A stretch of DNA of 63,102 bases, filler included, from a bacterium (GTDB lineage: Bacteria; UBP15; UBA6099; JAJRTR01): the NCBI GenBank assembly GCA_024278215.1. It is 4 parts of 4 records of this genome, joined end to end, with 100 filler letters (N's around TTAATTAATTAA, not from the genome) between each part and the next. Parts side by side here need not be neighbours in the genome. Positions count along the whole stretch, not along the records: positions 31,040 to 54,866 come from JAJRTR010000074.1; 3 more parts are not named here. The stretch is one strand, 5' to 3'. Under the pieces are notes generated by a model. The model saw nothing but the letters and a program-made list of their open reading frames with translations. It was not told the origin of the DNA and did not search any database. A program made the translations under genes and the position numbers. Shown here piece after piece: positions 31,040 to 40,874 of the stretch (position 1 is its first letter; every line of letters begins with the position of its first letter).

Positions 31040-31367
31040 GATTGAATATTACACCGGGCAGGCAACCGTATTCGTCGGTTTTTCCCTTCGCACCCGCCGG
31101 CATGAAAAGGATTCCTTTCACACGCAGGCCAGTGCTCATATACGTAATATCCCACTGCGAATAGCGGTCGGTTTTCCCGGACAGCGTAACTGAAACGATC
31201 GTCCCGTCCGCAGGGGGCGCGGCGCTGTCGCTTCTCATGTCCTGTATGCGGACCTCAAGCAGTCCTCCGGTTTTTTCATCATCCACCGCTATCGCTGCAC
31301 ACGCAACAGAAGAAAGCAGAATCACAGTAAGCGCAATAAAGTGTACGAAGAAATAATATCGCTTCAT
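31040..31367 (-). CDS. Secreted alpha/beta hydrolase (S9-like), truncated at contig end
   Basis: Signal peptide; ITYMSTGLRVKGILFMP...LPGVIFN. Confidence 0.6.
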
Positions 31368-31435
31368 CGTTTGTTCTCCCTGCTTGAAGAATGTTCCGCA
31401 CCATCTCTCATGGTTGTTGAAATATATTATTTTTA

Positions 31436-31635
31436 GAGCCAATTGTAAAATTGATTCGGCGGCGGCCGGCTGCAATTGTCCGGATTTCTTTGTGAGAAAT
31501 CCGGGATAGCTGCGTTGTCGGCACAACATCTTTCTCAACGTACTCCACGAGTACGCCTGCGGGGTTTTGTATCTCCGCCTTGCTTCATAAAAATTTCGTT
31601 CGACCTCGCTACGAACATAATTTTGCAACTGGCTC
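31436..31635 (-). mobile_element. MITE family M, copy 3, with nested hairpin H (31480-31504)
   Basis: Both TIRs present; about 24 extra bp relative to copies 1 and 5. Confidence 0.85.
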
Positions 31636-31727
31636 TTTATTGTTTTGCATTTACAAATGATGAAACTATGAGTCCTGCTTACAGTTCCTGTCGCGTGCTT
31701 CATACTATCAAGTTGCGGAAAGCGGGG

Positions 31728-32420
31728 TCAAACGCAACCGGAATAGAAACTTCTTCGGGCGTCATTTGCGGCGTTGTGGGCGGCGCGGACCGGGGCGGGG
31801 ATGCGGAAGCGCGGGGCGCAATCGAGGATAAGCCTGCGTGCGGCGGGCAGGTCGATGTGGTTGCCTGTAGAGACGAATACAGGCTTCACGTTCGCGCGGG
31901 TTCTCACCACCTCGCCGATTGTCTCGCCTTTATGTATTACGGGAGAGAAGCTGCCGCGCTCCACGCCCGGCTCATCATATTTGCCGATAAGCAACGACTT
32001 GGCGCTTCCGACGACAGGGCAGTCGAGGATAAGGCCGGCGTGGCACGCAAGCCCGAGCCGGCGGGGATGCGCTCTGCCGTGGCCGTCCATTATTACAAAG
32101 TCGGGCTCGTTTTCCAGCGCTTCGAATGCCGCTTCGAGAACAGGCAGTTCGCGAAAGGAGAGCAGCCCCGGCACGTAAGGAAAGCCGGTTTCAACAGAGG
32201 CGGTTTTGACTTCTATCTGTTCGAGATCGGGCAGAGTGAGAACCACAACCGCCGCGAAGAGACGGCTCGATAAACGGTTGCACGAGATGTCCGCCGCGGC
32301 GACAAGGCGCGGACAGAAATCATGGGGCAGCCGCTCGACTATTCTGCCCGCGAGCTGTTTCTGTATCTCGACCGCGTCTTTCGGGGTTATATCCCAACTG
32401 TGCAGTTTGTTGATTTTCAT
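31728..32420 (-). CDS. nfi: Endonuclease V
   Basis: FPYVPGLLSFRE, DGHGRAHPRRLGLACH, PVFVSTG, RIPAP. Confidence 0.95.
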   Translation of the reverse strand: MKINKLHSWDITPKDAVEIQKQLAGRIVERLPHDFCPRLVAAADISCNRLSSRLFAAVVVLTLPDLEQIEVKTASVETGFPYVPGLLSFRELPVLEAAFEALENEPDFVIMDGHGRAHPRRLGLACHAGLILDCPVVGSAKSLLIGKYDEPGVERGSFSPVIHKGETIGEVVRTRANVKPVFVSTGNHIDLPAARRLILDCAPRFRIPAPVRAAHNAANDARRSFYSGCV

Positions 32421-32606
32421 TTCCTTTTCCCGGTGCGGTGTGCGCTTCATTTCGGGCAATGGCTCACAGCCATGCACGTAGTACCATAGTCAGGAACTTC
32501 CATACCCTTGCGCTCCCAAGTCCACCCTGGGAACGATGAATACAATCATTAAGCGTAACATATTGTACCGGTCCGATTCGCTGCCGACAAATGAACCATG
32601 GAATCG

Positions 32607-32650
32607 TTGACAGGAGCCGGACCGGGTTTGTATAATTAGTCGACTCTAAC
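32607..32650 (+). promoter_or_regulatory. Consensus promoter plus palindromic candidate operator
   Basis: TTGACA-18 bp-TATAAT followed by TTAGTCGACTCTAA. Confidence 0.6.
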
Positions 32651-32667
32651 GAGACAGATCGGCCAGG

Positions 32668-33123
32668 ATGAACGAATCGAACAAACTTACGCCCGCTCTT
32701 GAAAATTACCTCGAAGCTATTTATATACTACAAAAAGTCAAAAAACGTGTCCGCATCAGCGAGATCGCAAGATACCTTAATGTGAAAATGCCGAGCGTGA
32801 CTTACAACATGAACAAACTGCGGGACAGGGGCCTTATAGACTACAAGAAAAGAGCACATGTCACCCTGACAGCGCCGGGAGAAACACTGGCGCGCGGAGT
32901 GCTTCGCAGGCACGAGGAATTCTTCAGTTTTTTCCACGAGATACTTGGCGTACCAAAAGAAATCGCCGAAGAAGAAGCTTGCAGGGCCGAGCACATTTTC
33001 CGCAACGACACGATCGCCCGGCTTTCGCAGTTCATGCTCTGGTTCTTTTCGCTTCCTGAAGAAATGCAGTTTATCCCGATGCCGGCCCGAGTTGCCGGTG
33101 CCGGGACCGATGTGGAGAAATAA
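32668..33123 (+). CDS. DtxR/MntR family metal-dependent regulator (no C-terminal SH3 domain)
   Basis: LENYLEAIY, PSVT, RRHE, EEACRAEH. Confidence 0.9.
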   Translation: MNESNKLTPALENYLEAIYILQKVKKRVRISEIARYLNVKMPSVTYNMNKLRDRGLIDYKKRAHVTLTAPGETLARGVLRRHEEFFSFFHEILGVPKEIAEEEACRAEHIFRNDTIARLSQFMLWFFSLPEEMQFIPMPARVAGAGTDVEK

Positions 33124-33324
33124 CTTCAAGGACAATAATGATTCGTGTGTAATAAGTCGAAGATAACAATTGTCAACAAACAATGATCGACTATAACGAA
33201 CGTGCGTTCAGCATTTTAAAGCATCTTGACCGACTTTGACAAAACATTGTTTTTGAAAATGACTTATTACACACGAATCAATAATAATACACAAATAATT
33301 TTTTAACTGGACGGTAATACCTGA

Positions 33325-34038
33325 ATGAATAGCAATAATAACGATCACAGACAGATGTCAAACGAAAAAGCACGATCCGAGTTTTTTCATCTTGCACAAA
33401 ACAACAACATAGAACTCGACGAAAGACAGCGAGCGGCGGTGAACTGTTTTTTCGATACGGAAAGCCACCTGTCGGCAACGGAACTGCTCGACCTGGCCTC
33501 GAAGACATGTGAAAAGTGCGATATCAATGATGTCGAATCAGCACTGAAGCTGCTGGAAGAATACGGGTTTGCAAAAAGAAGAGTCTTCGAGAACAGGGAA
33601 GATGAAACACTGTACGAACACTGGCATCTCACCGAACATCACGATCATCTTGTCTGCATAAAATGTGAAAAGATCATCGAATTTTTTGATCCGCAGCTCG
33701 AGCGGATCCAGGAAAATATCTCCCGGAGCCACGGATTCGAGACTCTCAACCACAAGCTCGAAATATATGGCATCTGCTCGGAATGTATGGGTAAACGCGA
33801 GCCGCTTATGCCTATTACGATGGCGGCACAGGGAGAGAGCGTAATAATCCGGAAAATACATGGTGGCCGCAACCTCGTGAAAAAACTTTCCGACATGGGA
33901 CTCACACCGGACACACGCGTGGAGGTCATCACAAGCGGCGGACAGATGATCATCTCCATTCGCGGCTCACGTGTTGCCATCGGGCGCGGCATGGCGTCGA
34001 AAATCTTTGTCGAACTTGATAGAGATGGTGATAGATAG
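33325..34038 (+). CDS. Fur family regulator fused to a FeoA domain
   Basis: HHDHLVCIKC, YGICSEC, then KLSDMGLTP...RVAIGRGMASKIFV. Confidence 0.85.
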   Translation: MNSNNNDHRQMSNEKARSEFFHLAQNNNIELDERQRAAVNCFFDTESHLSATELLDLASKTCEKCDINDVESALKLLEEYGFAKRRVFENREDETLYEHWHLTEHHDHLVCIKCEKIIEFFDPQLERIQENISRSHGFETLNHKLEIYGICSECMGKREPLMPITMAAQGESVIIRKIHGGRNLVKKLSDMGLTPDTRVEVITSGGQMIISIRGSRVAIGRGMASKIFVELDRDGDR

Positions 34039-34085
34039 CCCGCATCGGGGTGTAATATGCGGGATAGCTATAGTAGTTCCGTATA

Positions 34086-34110
34086 TGCAACGACACAGTC
34101 GTTGCACTCC
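34086..34110. repeat. REP-like hairpin GGA(G/A)TGCAACGACTGTGTCGTTGC
   Basis: Second copy at ~58360-58383. Confidence 0.6.
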
Positions 34111-34256
34111 AAAACATTCACATGTATACCCCCGGGAACAGTTAACGCTGACTTTGAGCATCATTATTGCTTAAGTGAACGGTATTGGGGCTAAGCGCAA
34201 ACGCAATGACTGAACGCGCCCTGCATACCCTGCGCATTTACAAGTGTGACATGACA

Positions 34257-35717
34257 CTATGTCGGAGTGAAGGAATCGAAAATGAAGGGGTGGAAACAAA
34301 TCCAGCGCGGGTCGTTCGAGAATCCGGAGATACTTCTGATTACGGATTCGAAGTGAGGGAACCTGTATCCAAGATCATTCTCTGTGGATTTCTCGCTGCG
34401 TTTACTGTGATATACCATGTAATGTTCGAGTGAAGTTCGGAGAGGCTCGAAGCCGTGTTTTTTCGGTTCGAGCGCCCAAGGGGACAGGGGCTCGATCTCG
34501 ATAGGCATCGTGATGATCGTCAGATGTTTGAAACGCCGCAACAGGTTTCGAGCGAATTTCAGTCCCCGCATGAGTTCCTCGAGAGGTTCCTGGGGAAGCG
34601 GGGAGTAGTAGAAGACTGTGGGCAGGCCTGATTTTTCTGTTTCAAGCAAGAGCTTTCTTAAATCATCATCGGAAAAGCCGGAGGGACAGAATCGTTTTCT
34701 GGCGGTTTCGGTGAATGCCGTCGGTGAGAAAACCAGTTGGGACGTCGAGATATCGAATGTATCGGCGAAATCCTTAAAAAAACTCACGTCGGGCACAGTG
34801 TTGTAGTATTCGAAAATCATGCCGGGTTTCAATGACGACTTGCGAATCAGTGAAAAACACTTCGAGTAGAAACCACGCTTGAAACCCGGTGGATGAAAAC
34901 AGATATAGAATGTTCGAGTGTCATGGTTGCGGTTCATATATGTAATGTCGGAAGCTACGGCTTCGGGGCTGCGCATGGAAACGCCTGTACGCCGCGACAG
35001 AAGTGAATGTGCATGTGCGCCGCCGCCGCAGAAGGCGCAGTCGACCGTACATCCGCGCCCGATATAAAGATACCAGGTGCGCGCGGAGCGCGTCCATTTA
35101 CCAAAGGTCTCGGACGAAGCGTCATAAAAGTAACGACCGCGGTACAGTTCATGGTTCTGCAGTAATGTGATTCTGGTATGAGAGTACATATCAAGTTGAT
35201 GGCCCGGAGCATGATAATCGACAGGGTTGTGCACGGGCATGCCGTCGGGAGTGCGCCATGAGATATTTGAAACAGTCCCGGGATGTGTGAATTTATTCCG
35301 AAGAAGCTGGTCCAGCGCCTGCTCCGATTCGCCGCGTATGATGTAATCCACGTGTTGCCAATCGGCCATGATTGATTCGGCGAAGGCTGTGGCCGTGATC
35401 CCGCCCAGCAGGACGCGTGTATCGGGACAGGCGCGTTTTACTGCTCGTGACATTTCGTAAACTTCGAAAAGCTGCTTATGCCAGTGCAGCGCGAAGCAGA
35501 CAAGGTCCGGCGGTTCGCCGGCCAGTTTTTCCTCCAGACGATATCCGGAGTCCCTCAGCGTTTCGATCCCCGTGTGAATAATCCTGACATTTTGTGAATA
35601 CCGCGTGGCCAGGTCCGCGAGGCTCCAGATGCCGAGCGGCGGGATCATGACCTGGTATTGGAGCAACTTCCCACGGTCTTCTATCCGTTTTGGAGTATGA
35701 ATAAACCGAATGTTCAT
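34257..35717 (-). CDS. Cobalamin-binding radical SAM protein
   Basis: PPLG, LGGITAT, IIRGESE (B12 domain); GRGCTVDCAFC. Confidence 0.85.
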   Translation of the reverse strand: MNIRFIHTPKRIEDRGKLLQYQVMIPPLGIWSLADLATRYSQNVRIIHTGIETLRDSGYRLEEKLAGEPPDLVCFALHWHKQLFEVYEMSRAVKRACPDTRVLLGGITATAFAESIMADWQHVDYIIRGESEQALDQLLRNKFTHPGTVSNISWRTPDGMPVHNPVDYHAPGHQLDMYSHTRITLLQNHELYRGRYFYDASSETFGKWTRSARTWYLYIGRGCTVDCAFCGGGAHAHSLLSRRTGVSMRSPEAVASDITYMNRNHDTRTFYICFHPPGFKRGFYSKCFSLIRKSSLKPGMIFEYYNTVPDVSFFKDFADTFDISTSQLVFSPTAFTETARKRFCPSGFSDDDLRKLLLETEKSGLPTVFYYSPLPQEPLEELMRGLKFARNLLRRFKHLTIITMPIEIEPLSPWALEPKKHGFEPLRTSLEHYMVYHSKRSEKSTENDLGYRFPHFESVIRSISGFSNDPRWICFHPFIFDSFTPT

Positions 35718-36050
35718 CTGTGGATTGTTTTACCCGATGTTCTTCATATCAACGTTTGATCCGGACTCATCCGTTTCAATACTTCCCGGAGTTCGGATAC
35801 AATTCCATATAAAATCTCTTGATTATTGGTGTCTGATGAATACTTTACACCAACTTCATGTAAAATTGAAGATTCTCCGCAAGTAATACTTTCGCCGCCG
35901 CGCGGAGCAGCCGGGAAGAATGACAACATTTTACTGATCGGTGCATTATGATACAATTTCAGTGAGGTGCATATCCCGGATTTCTTTATGAAGAATCCGA
36001 GATAGTGGTTTTCCCCGGAAACAGATTATTGCCGAACAGGAGTGCAATGA

Positions 36051-38468
36051 GTGTCGAACCATAAATTCTCTGATATCGTCTATGTACTGTCTCTTGACGG
36101 CTTTTGCAATAATAACTGCAATATCTGCATTTACCGGGAAAGAGAACGCAAGCGGAGCAGGCCGGCGAACGACTTGCTGAAGGAGGCAGAGGAGGCACGC
36201 CCTTATTTCAACGGGTACATCGTTTCGGATGGGGAGCCGACTCTTATCGACGATCTGCCCGGACTGCTGCGGGGCTTGAAGAAGCTGTCGCCGGACGTGC
36301 TTCAGGTTCATACCAACGCGCGTATGCTTGTGTATAAAGATTACGCCGCCCGCCTTCTGGACGTCGAAGGCGTCGATTATGTGGTTCGGGTCTATAGTTT
36401 CAATCCTGATGTTCACGACTCGATTACGGGTATGCCCGGAAGTTGTCTTCAGACACTTGAAGGTGTCGGCAATATAGCTTCATTTCATTCCGGGGTCGGG
36501 CTCCATGTGGAGATACCTGTTGCCGGGATCAACTTCAGGGATGTGCCGAAAACGATCGCTGTCTGCCGGCGGCTGGGCGCACAGAGTATCATCATATCCG
36601 GCGGGTTCCCGGCGGCGGGCGATTCAGGATTAACAGAAAGAGATATATCCGTGCTTGTCGAGCATATCGAGTCCGCCGAACGCGAAGGACCGGTGACGAC
36701 AGCTTGCGTGCGGGACGATCGTTCTATCAGACCGTATGTCGAATCGCAGCGCAGCGGGAAGTCCGGTCTCCGGGTCTGCGGCACCGATACGAACAATCCG
36801 CATGTTTTCAGAAAGTGCCGGGATGACAGGATAAGCACATCCTTTATCTTTATGCCCTTCAGTCTGAGCAAACAAGGGGAGCACATTGTGCAAGCGCCCA
36901 TGTCGGCGGGCGGGATGAAGGGCTTCCTGGACAAACTCGGCTATCCTTCCGGCATAATAGACCTGGACAGGAGATGGAAGACCCGCTCTGAATTGTCGGG
37001 CGGCCCGGCCCTGGAAGCGGGACCGGGGGAGGAAAACTTTGCAGAGCAGAATGAAACCATATCGCGAAAAGAGGCCGAATCGGTTTTCAGAGAACTGCTG
37101 CCGCCTGAAGAACTGCGCGGCGCATCCGTGTTGTGGATATGTTCGCGCTATGAACTGTTGCAGTGTTTTGATGCCGCTACTCAAGTGGAACTTGCAATGG
37201 GACTCGGGGACTGCATAAGGAAAACCGGGCCGGAATCTCCTGTTGTGTTCGAGTATATCGATCAGGTGCCGGAAGAACGATTCGAAGGTCTGGCCGATTA
37301 TGTTTTTGACGGCTCGCCATTCTGGATTTACAGTGTCGGCGGGCTTCTCAACATGATGGAATACGGCGACCGGTCGGCCGCCGCGATTTCCGGCAATATT
37401 TCTTCGCCGGGAATGCCGGACTCACAATTTGATATATCGTTGATTCCTGCCCCTGCCTTCGGCAACCTCGCAATGTGCGATTATCTTGTTCCCATGCCGG
37501 GTAAACTGAAGTCATTTTTCGAAAGTGAAAATATGATGTTCGACAGAGAGAATCTCGTCGGTCGTTTTTGTTACTATATAAGCAGGGGTTGCAACTTCGA
37601 CTGTGCTTTCTGCGGCAACCCCGGTATATTCCGGAAAATGGACCCTGTGCAAGCGGCTGAGAGTATCGCTATGATGGCCCGTGAGACAGGGTTAAACAAT
37701 GTGGAAATATTGTCTCGATCAATCAATATTGATGAGGCCTTCCTCGAACAGTTCTGCGACGCACTGGCGAATATCGGAGCGCCGGTCCTGTGGAAGGCTG
37801 TCGCGCGGCCCACCTTCAGCGATCACAGGATTCCGGAGAAGATGCGCGCGGCCGGCTGCGTCATGCTGACTTTTGCCGTCGAAAGCGGCAGCGATGCCGT
37901 GCTGAATAATATGAGAAAAGGCTTCACAGCGGCGGAGTCCGAAAAAGCGCTTTCTCTTGCCGCCGGCGCCGGGATAGTTACCTGCGTCAATATCCTGAGC
38001 GGGTTCCCATACGAACAAACTTCCGATGTGGATGCAACAGTCTCATATATCGAACGCAACTCGGACAATATAGATTTTATTGCGAGCCACAAAAGTTTCC
38101 TCCTGCGGAATCCCGGTCCCGACATCGCCGGAGTCAGACCGCGTGTTGCAGGCAATTCCGCTGGTTTTGTCATACCCTACGATGAAACGGGCGGGCGCGA
38201 ATGGGAGGAAATACTTCGCTGTAAGCAATACGCTTATGTTCGGATCGAAAAAAAGATCAACGAACTGCTCGCGTTCATTTCCATTGAAGACGATCTCGCT
38301 GTTTTCAACATATTCAGCCTGGGTTTTGGGAGAGATACTGTCGGACGTTATATTGAATACTGCCGGAATCAAGGGCATAAATACCAGCCGCAGCCGGGCG
38401 GCGACTCGATAGATGAGCAGATAATTCGTTGTTTCCGGAAGGGATACCACCTGCCGCATCAATACTGA
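36051..38468 (+). CDS. Dual radical SAM domain protein
   Basis: N-terminal CNNNCNIC with DGEPT; C-terminal SRGCNFDCAFC with VESGSDAVL.NMRKG. Confidence 0.82.
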   Translation: MSNHKFSDIVYVLSLDGFCNNNCNICIYRERERKRSRPANDLLKEAEEARPYFNGYIVSDGEPTLIDDLPGLLRGLKKLSPDVLQVHTNARMLVYKDYAARLLDVEGVDYVVRVYSFNPDVHDSITGMPGSCLQTLEGVGNIASFHSGVGLHVEIPVAGINFRDVPKTIAVCRRLGAQSIIISGGFPAAGDSGLTERDISVLVEHIESAEREGPVTTACVRDDRSIRPYVESQRSGKSGLRVCGTDTNNPHVFRKCRDDRISTSFIFMPFSLSKQGEHIVQAPMSAGGMKGFLDKLGYPSGIIDLDRRWKTRSELSGGPALEAGPGEENFAEQNETISRKEAESVFRELLPPEELRGASVLWICSRYELLQCFDAATQVELAMGLGDCIRKTGPESPVVFEYIDQVPEERFEGLADYVFDGSPFWIYSVGGLLNMMEYGDRSAAAISGNISSPGMPDSQFDISLIPAPAFGNLAMCDYLVPMPGKLKSFFESENMMFDRENLVGRFCYYISRGCNFDCAFCGNPGIFRKMDPVQAAESIAMMARETGLNNVEILSRSINIDEAFLEQFCDALANIGAPVLWKAVARPTFSDHRIPEKMRAAGCVMLTFAVESGSDAVLNNMRKGFTAAESEKALSLAAGAGIVTCVNILSGFPYEQTSDVDATVSYIERNSDNIDFIASHKSFLLRNPGPDIAGVRPRVAGNSAGFVIPYDETGGREWEEILRCKQYAYVRIEKKINELLAFISIEDDLAVFNIFSLGFGRDTVGRYIEYCRNQGHKYQPQPGGDSIDEQIIRCFRKGYHLPHQY

Positions 38469-38676
38469 CAGCAGTGCATAGCATTTTTTCCCGCCGGGGA
38501 CAATATAGGCCGGCGAGAAGGGTGTCCTGGTAACGAGGAAGAAAGTTTGTCATTCCCGAATGTTCTTTCGGGAATCAATGTTTCCGGATTTCTTTGTGAA
38601 AACTCCGGGCAATGAATCCCGGAGTTGTTAAAAAAATGCCGGGGTATGCCTTGAAGCGATCATGTCATCGTAATAC

Positions 38677-38834
38677 GAGCCGATTGCAAAATTATGTTCG
38701 TAGCGAGGTCAAACGAAATTTTTCAGAAGCAAGGCGGAGGTGCAAAATCCTCGCAGGCGTACTCGTAGAGTACGTTGAGGACGATTTTGTGCCGACAACG
38801 CAGCTATCCCGGATTTCTCACAAAGAAATCCGGA
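38677..38834 (+). mobile_element. MITE family M, copy 4, truncated at nested hairpin H
   Basis: Left TIR and body present; similarity ends just after CCGGATTTCTCACAAAGAAATCCGG. Confidence 0.8.
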
Positions 38835-39050
38835 AAATCGCTATAACGCCTGTTCTACCGCGTTGCGGCGGCGATTCGGGATTGGTCACATACCTGCATA
38901 TTGCGCAAGAGGCCGGCCGGCTGGCTGCTCCCGCACCACTCACTTGCCGCGCCTTGTATTAACAGGCATTCTCCCGATTTTTGGCCCGCATTGGTGAAAT
39001 ATGCGGAGAGTGATTTATACATATTCGGGCAGGAACAGGTTTTCGCACAG

Positions 39051-39644
39051 CTACTTTTCAAGTGGTGCTGAAATATATTCCGCTACCAACAGCGCGTCGG
39101 CTCTCGCTGTGTCGTGTTTTTCGATGTCGCCTCGTGCGTCGATCTGTCTGTAATAGAGGCTGTGTTCACGGTCAAATTCGATGTCGAGAATACTGTAAAA
39201 ACACTTCATAAGCTGATCTATTCCGGCAAACATAGTTGTGCCTTTAGTGCCGCCTACAGTTAGCAGCAGTCCTCTGTGACGTCTATCATCGTCCCTGACA
39301 GGTTTGTTCAACACAAACTTTTTCGCCCATATACACTGGAAGCGGTCGATAAAGGATTTCATTTGCGCGGGTACATTCATAAAGAAAAGCGGTGCTGCCA
39401 TAATCACCCAGTCGGCACCGAGCACACTATCATAAATATCCTGCATTTCGTCGTCGATAACACAAAGTCCTTTTTTCAGGCAGCCGCCGCATTCTATACA
39501 TGGGGAAATATCAAGTTCCGATGTCCTGATCTTTTCCGTGTCCGCGCCGCGCCCAGCGGCATCGTCGAGAATCCAGTCAAGGAGCTTTTCGGTGTTCCCC
39601 CTTTTGCGAGGGCTTCCTGCTATTCCGACAATCTTGTTTCTCAT
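39051..39644 (-). CDS. Flavodoxin-like iron-sulfur flavoprotein
   Basis: GSPRKRGNT, CIECGGC....C.IDDEM, PAQMKSFIDR. Confidence 0.88.
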   Translation of the reverse strand: MRNKIVGIAGSPRKRGNTEKLLDWILDDAAGRGADTEKIRTSELDISPCIECGGCLKKGLCVIDDEMQDIYDSVLGADWVIMAAPLFFMNVPAQMKSFIDRFQCIWAKKFVLNKPVRDDDRRHRGLLLTVGGTKGTTMFAGIDQLMKCFYSILDIEFDREHSLYYRQIDARGDIEKHDTARADALLVAEYISAPLEK

Positions 39645-39737
39645 ATCATTATCCTCAAATATGCGCAGGGCTTATGTGCGAATTGTTTGGTATCAGAAAA
39701 AGAACATTCTTTATTACCGGTACGATCCTGCGAGCGG

Positions 39738-40874
39738 TTATTTTTTTCCTGTTATAACATCCATATATTCTTTCATGATAACCTCGATATTATATTTCAC
39801 AGCGGCATTATCACCAAACTGAACCCTGTTCAACGACGGCAACGCATCAATAGCGCGAAGTATTTCCCCGGCGAATGTTGTCGGCTCCTGGACATCGACG
39901 ATCCAGCCGTTAACACCGTTTTCCACAATGTCGCGTGTGCCGCCGATAACCTCGTTGGACAGGACCGGAGTGCCGAGGCAGACGCTTTCCAGTACAACAT
40001 TCGGCGAACCTTCAAGAAGAGATGTCAGCAGCAGCATATCCGCATGTTTGATATATGGGTAAGGGTTTTCGATAAAACCCGCGAGCCGCACATGCCCGGA
40101 AAGTCCGAGTTCAGCTATCAGGGTTTCAAGCGCCGGCCTCATAAAGCCGTCTCCCACTATTGTAAGATGCAGGTCTTTTCGCCGACAGATACATTCCGCC
40201 ATCGACTCCAGCAGGAAATCGTATCTTTTCACAGGAACCATGCGTCCCACGGCGACGAGATTCACACCACCGGTTTTGTACGGATTGTCTGTCTGATCCG
40301 CAAGTCCGCAGACCCTTTCCGTATCCACAGGATTTGAAATAACCCTGATTTTCGACTCGGCTACACCGCTGGAATGCACAAGATCATCGGCGGCGCTTCC
40401 TGAATTGCAAATAACCTTATCCGCCCGCGGATAAAGAAATTTTGCGCATAATCTATATGCCGCGCCTGTCCATCCGCCGATCACGCCGGCCTCGACATTA
40501 GCGTCTATCCACTTGCTCAGAATAGTCGCTTCCCGCAGTATGACACGAGTTTTTTTCGGGAAGAAAAATTTTGCGGCCAGTAAAGCATAGTTCATCTGCA
40601 TCTGATTTGATACGACAACTTCGGGTTTGAGGGCTCTGACCAGCTTGACCACCGCCGGAATGACATACCTGAACTTCGGCGACATCAGATGGATTGTTAC
40701 GTCTTCGGGCACTTCTTTTTTCAAAGGACCGCTTTGATCCATCACGCATAGATGCGGTTCGTAAGCGCTCCTGTCCATCCATCGGATGCAGTTGACGATC
40801 ACACGCTCCGCGCCGCCGCAGAAAAGTGTTCCCATGAAGAAAAGTATCCTGGGCCGCTCGACGACACCGCTCAT
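39738..40874 (-). CDS. GT4 glycosyltransferase
   Basis: GGAERV, VGRMVPVK, S..EGSPNVVLES. Confidence 0.9.
   Translation of the reverse strand: MSGVVERPRILFFMGTLFCGGAERVIVNCIRWMDRSAYEPHLCVMDQSGPLKKEVPEDVTIHLMSPKFRYVIPAVVKLVRALKPEVVVSNQMQMNYALLAAKFFFPKKTRVILREATILSKWIDANVEAGVIGGWTGAAYRLCAKFLYPRADKVICNSGSAADDLVHSSGVAESKIRVISNPVDTERVCGLADQTDNPYKTGGVNLVAVGRMVPVKRYDFLLESMAECICRRKDLHLTIVGDGFMRPALETLIAELGLSGHVRLAGFIENPYPYIKHADMLLLTSLLEGSPNVVLESVCLGTPVLSNEVIGGTRDIVENGVNGWIVDVQEPTTFAGEILRAIDALPSLNRVQFGDNAAVKYNIEVIMKEYMDVITGKK

Noticed and set aside
38612..38962. ORFs encoding SQLQNYVRSEV-like peptides (also 25015 and 31703) as a small protein family
   Set aside because: They are translations of the MITE, and the frame is not preserved across all copies
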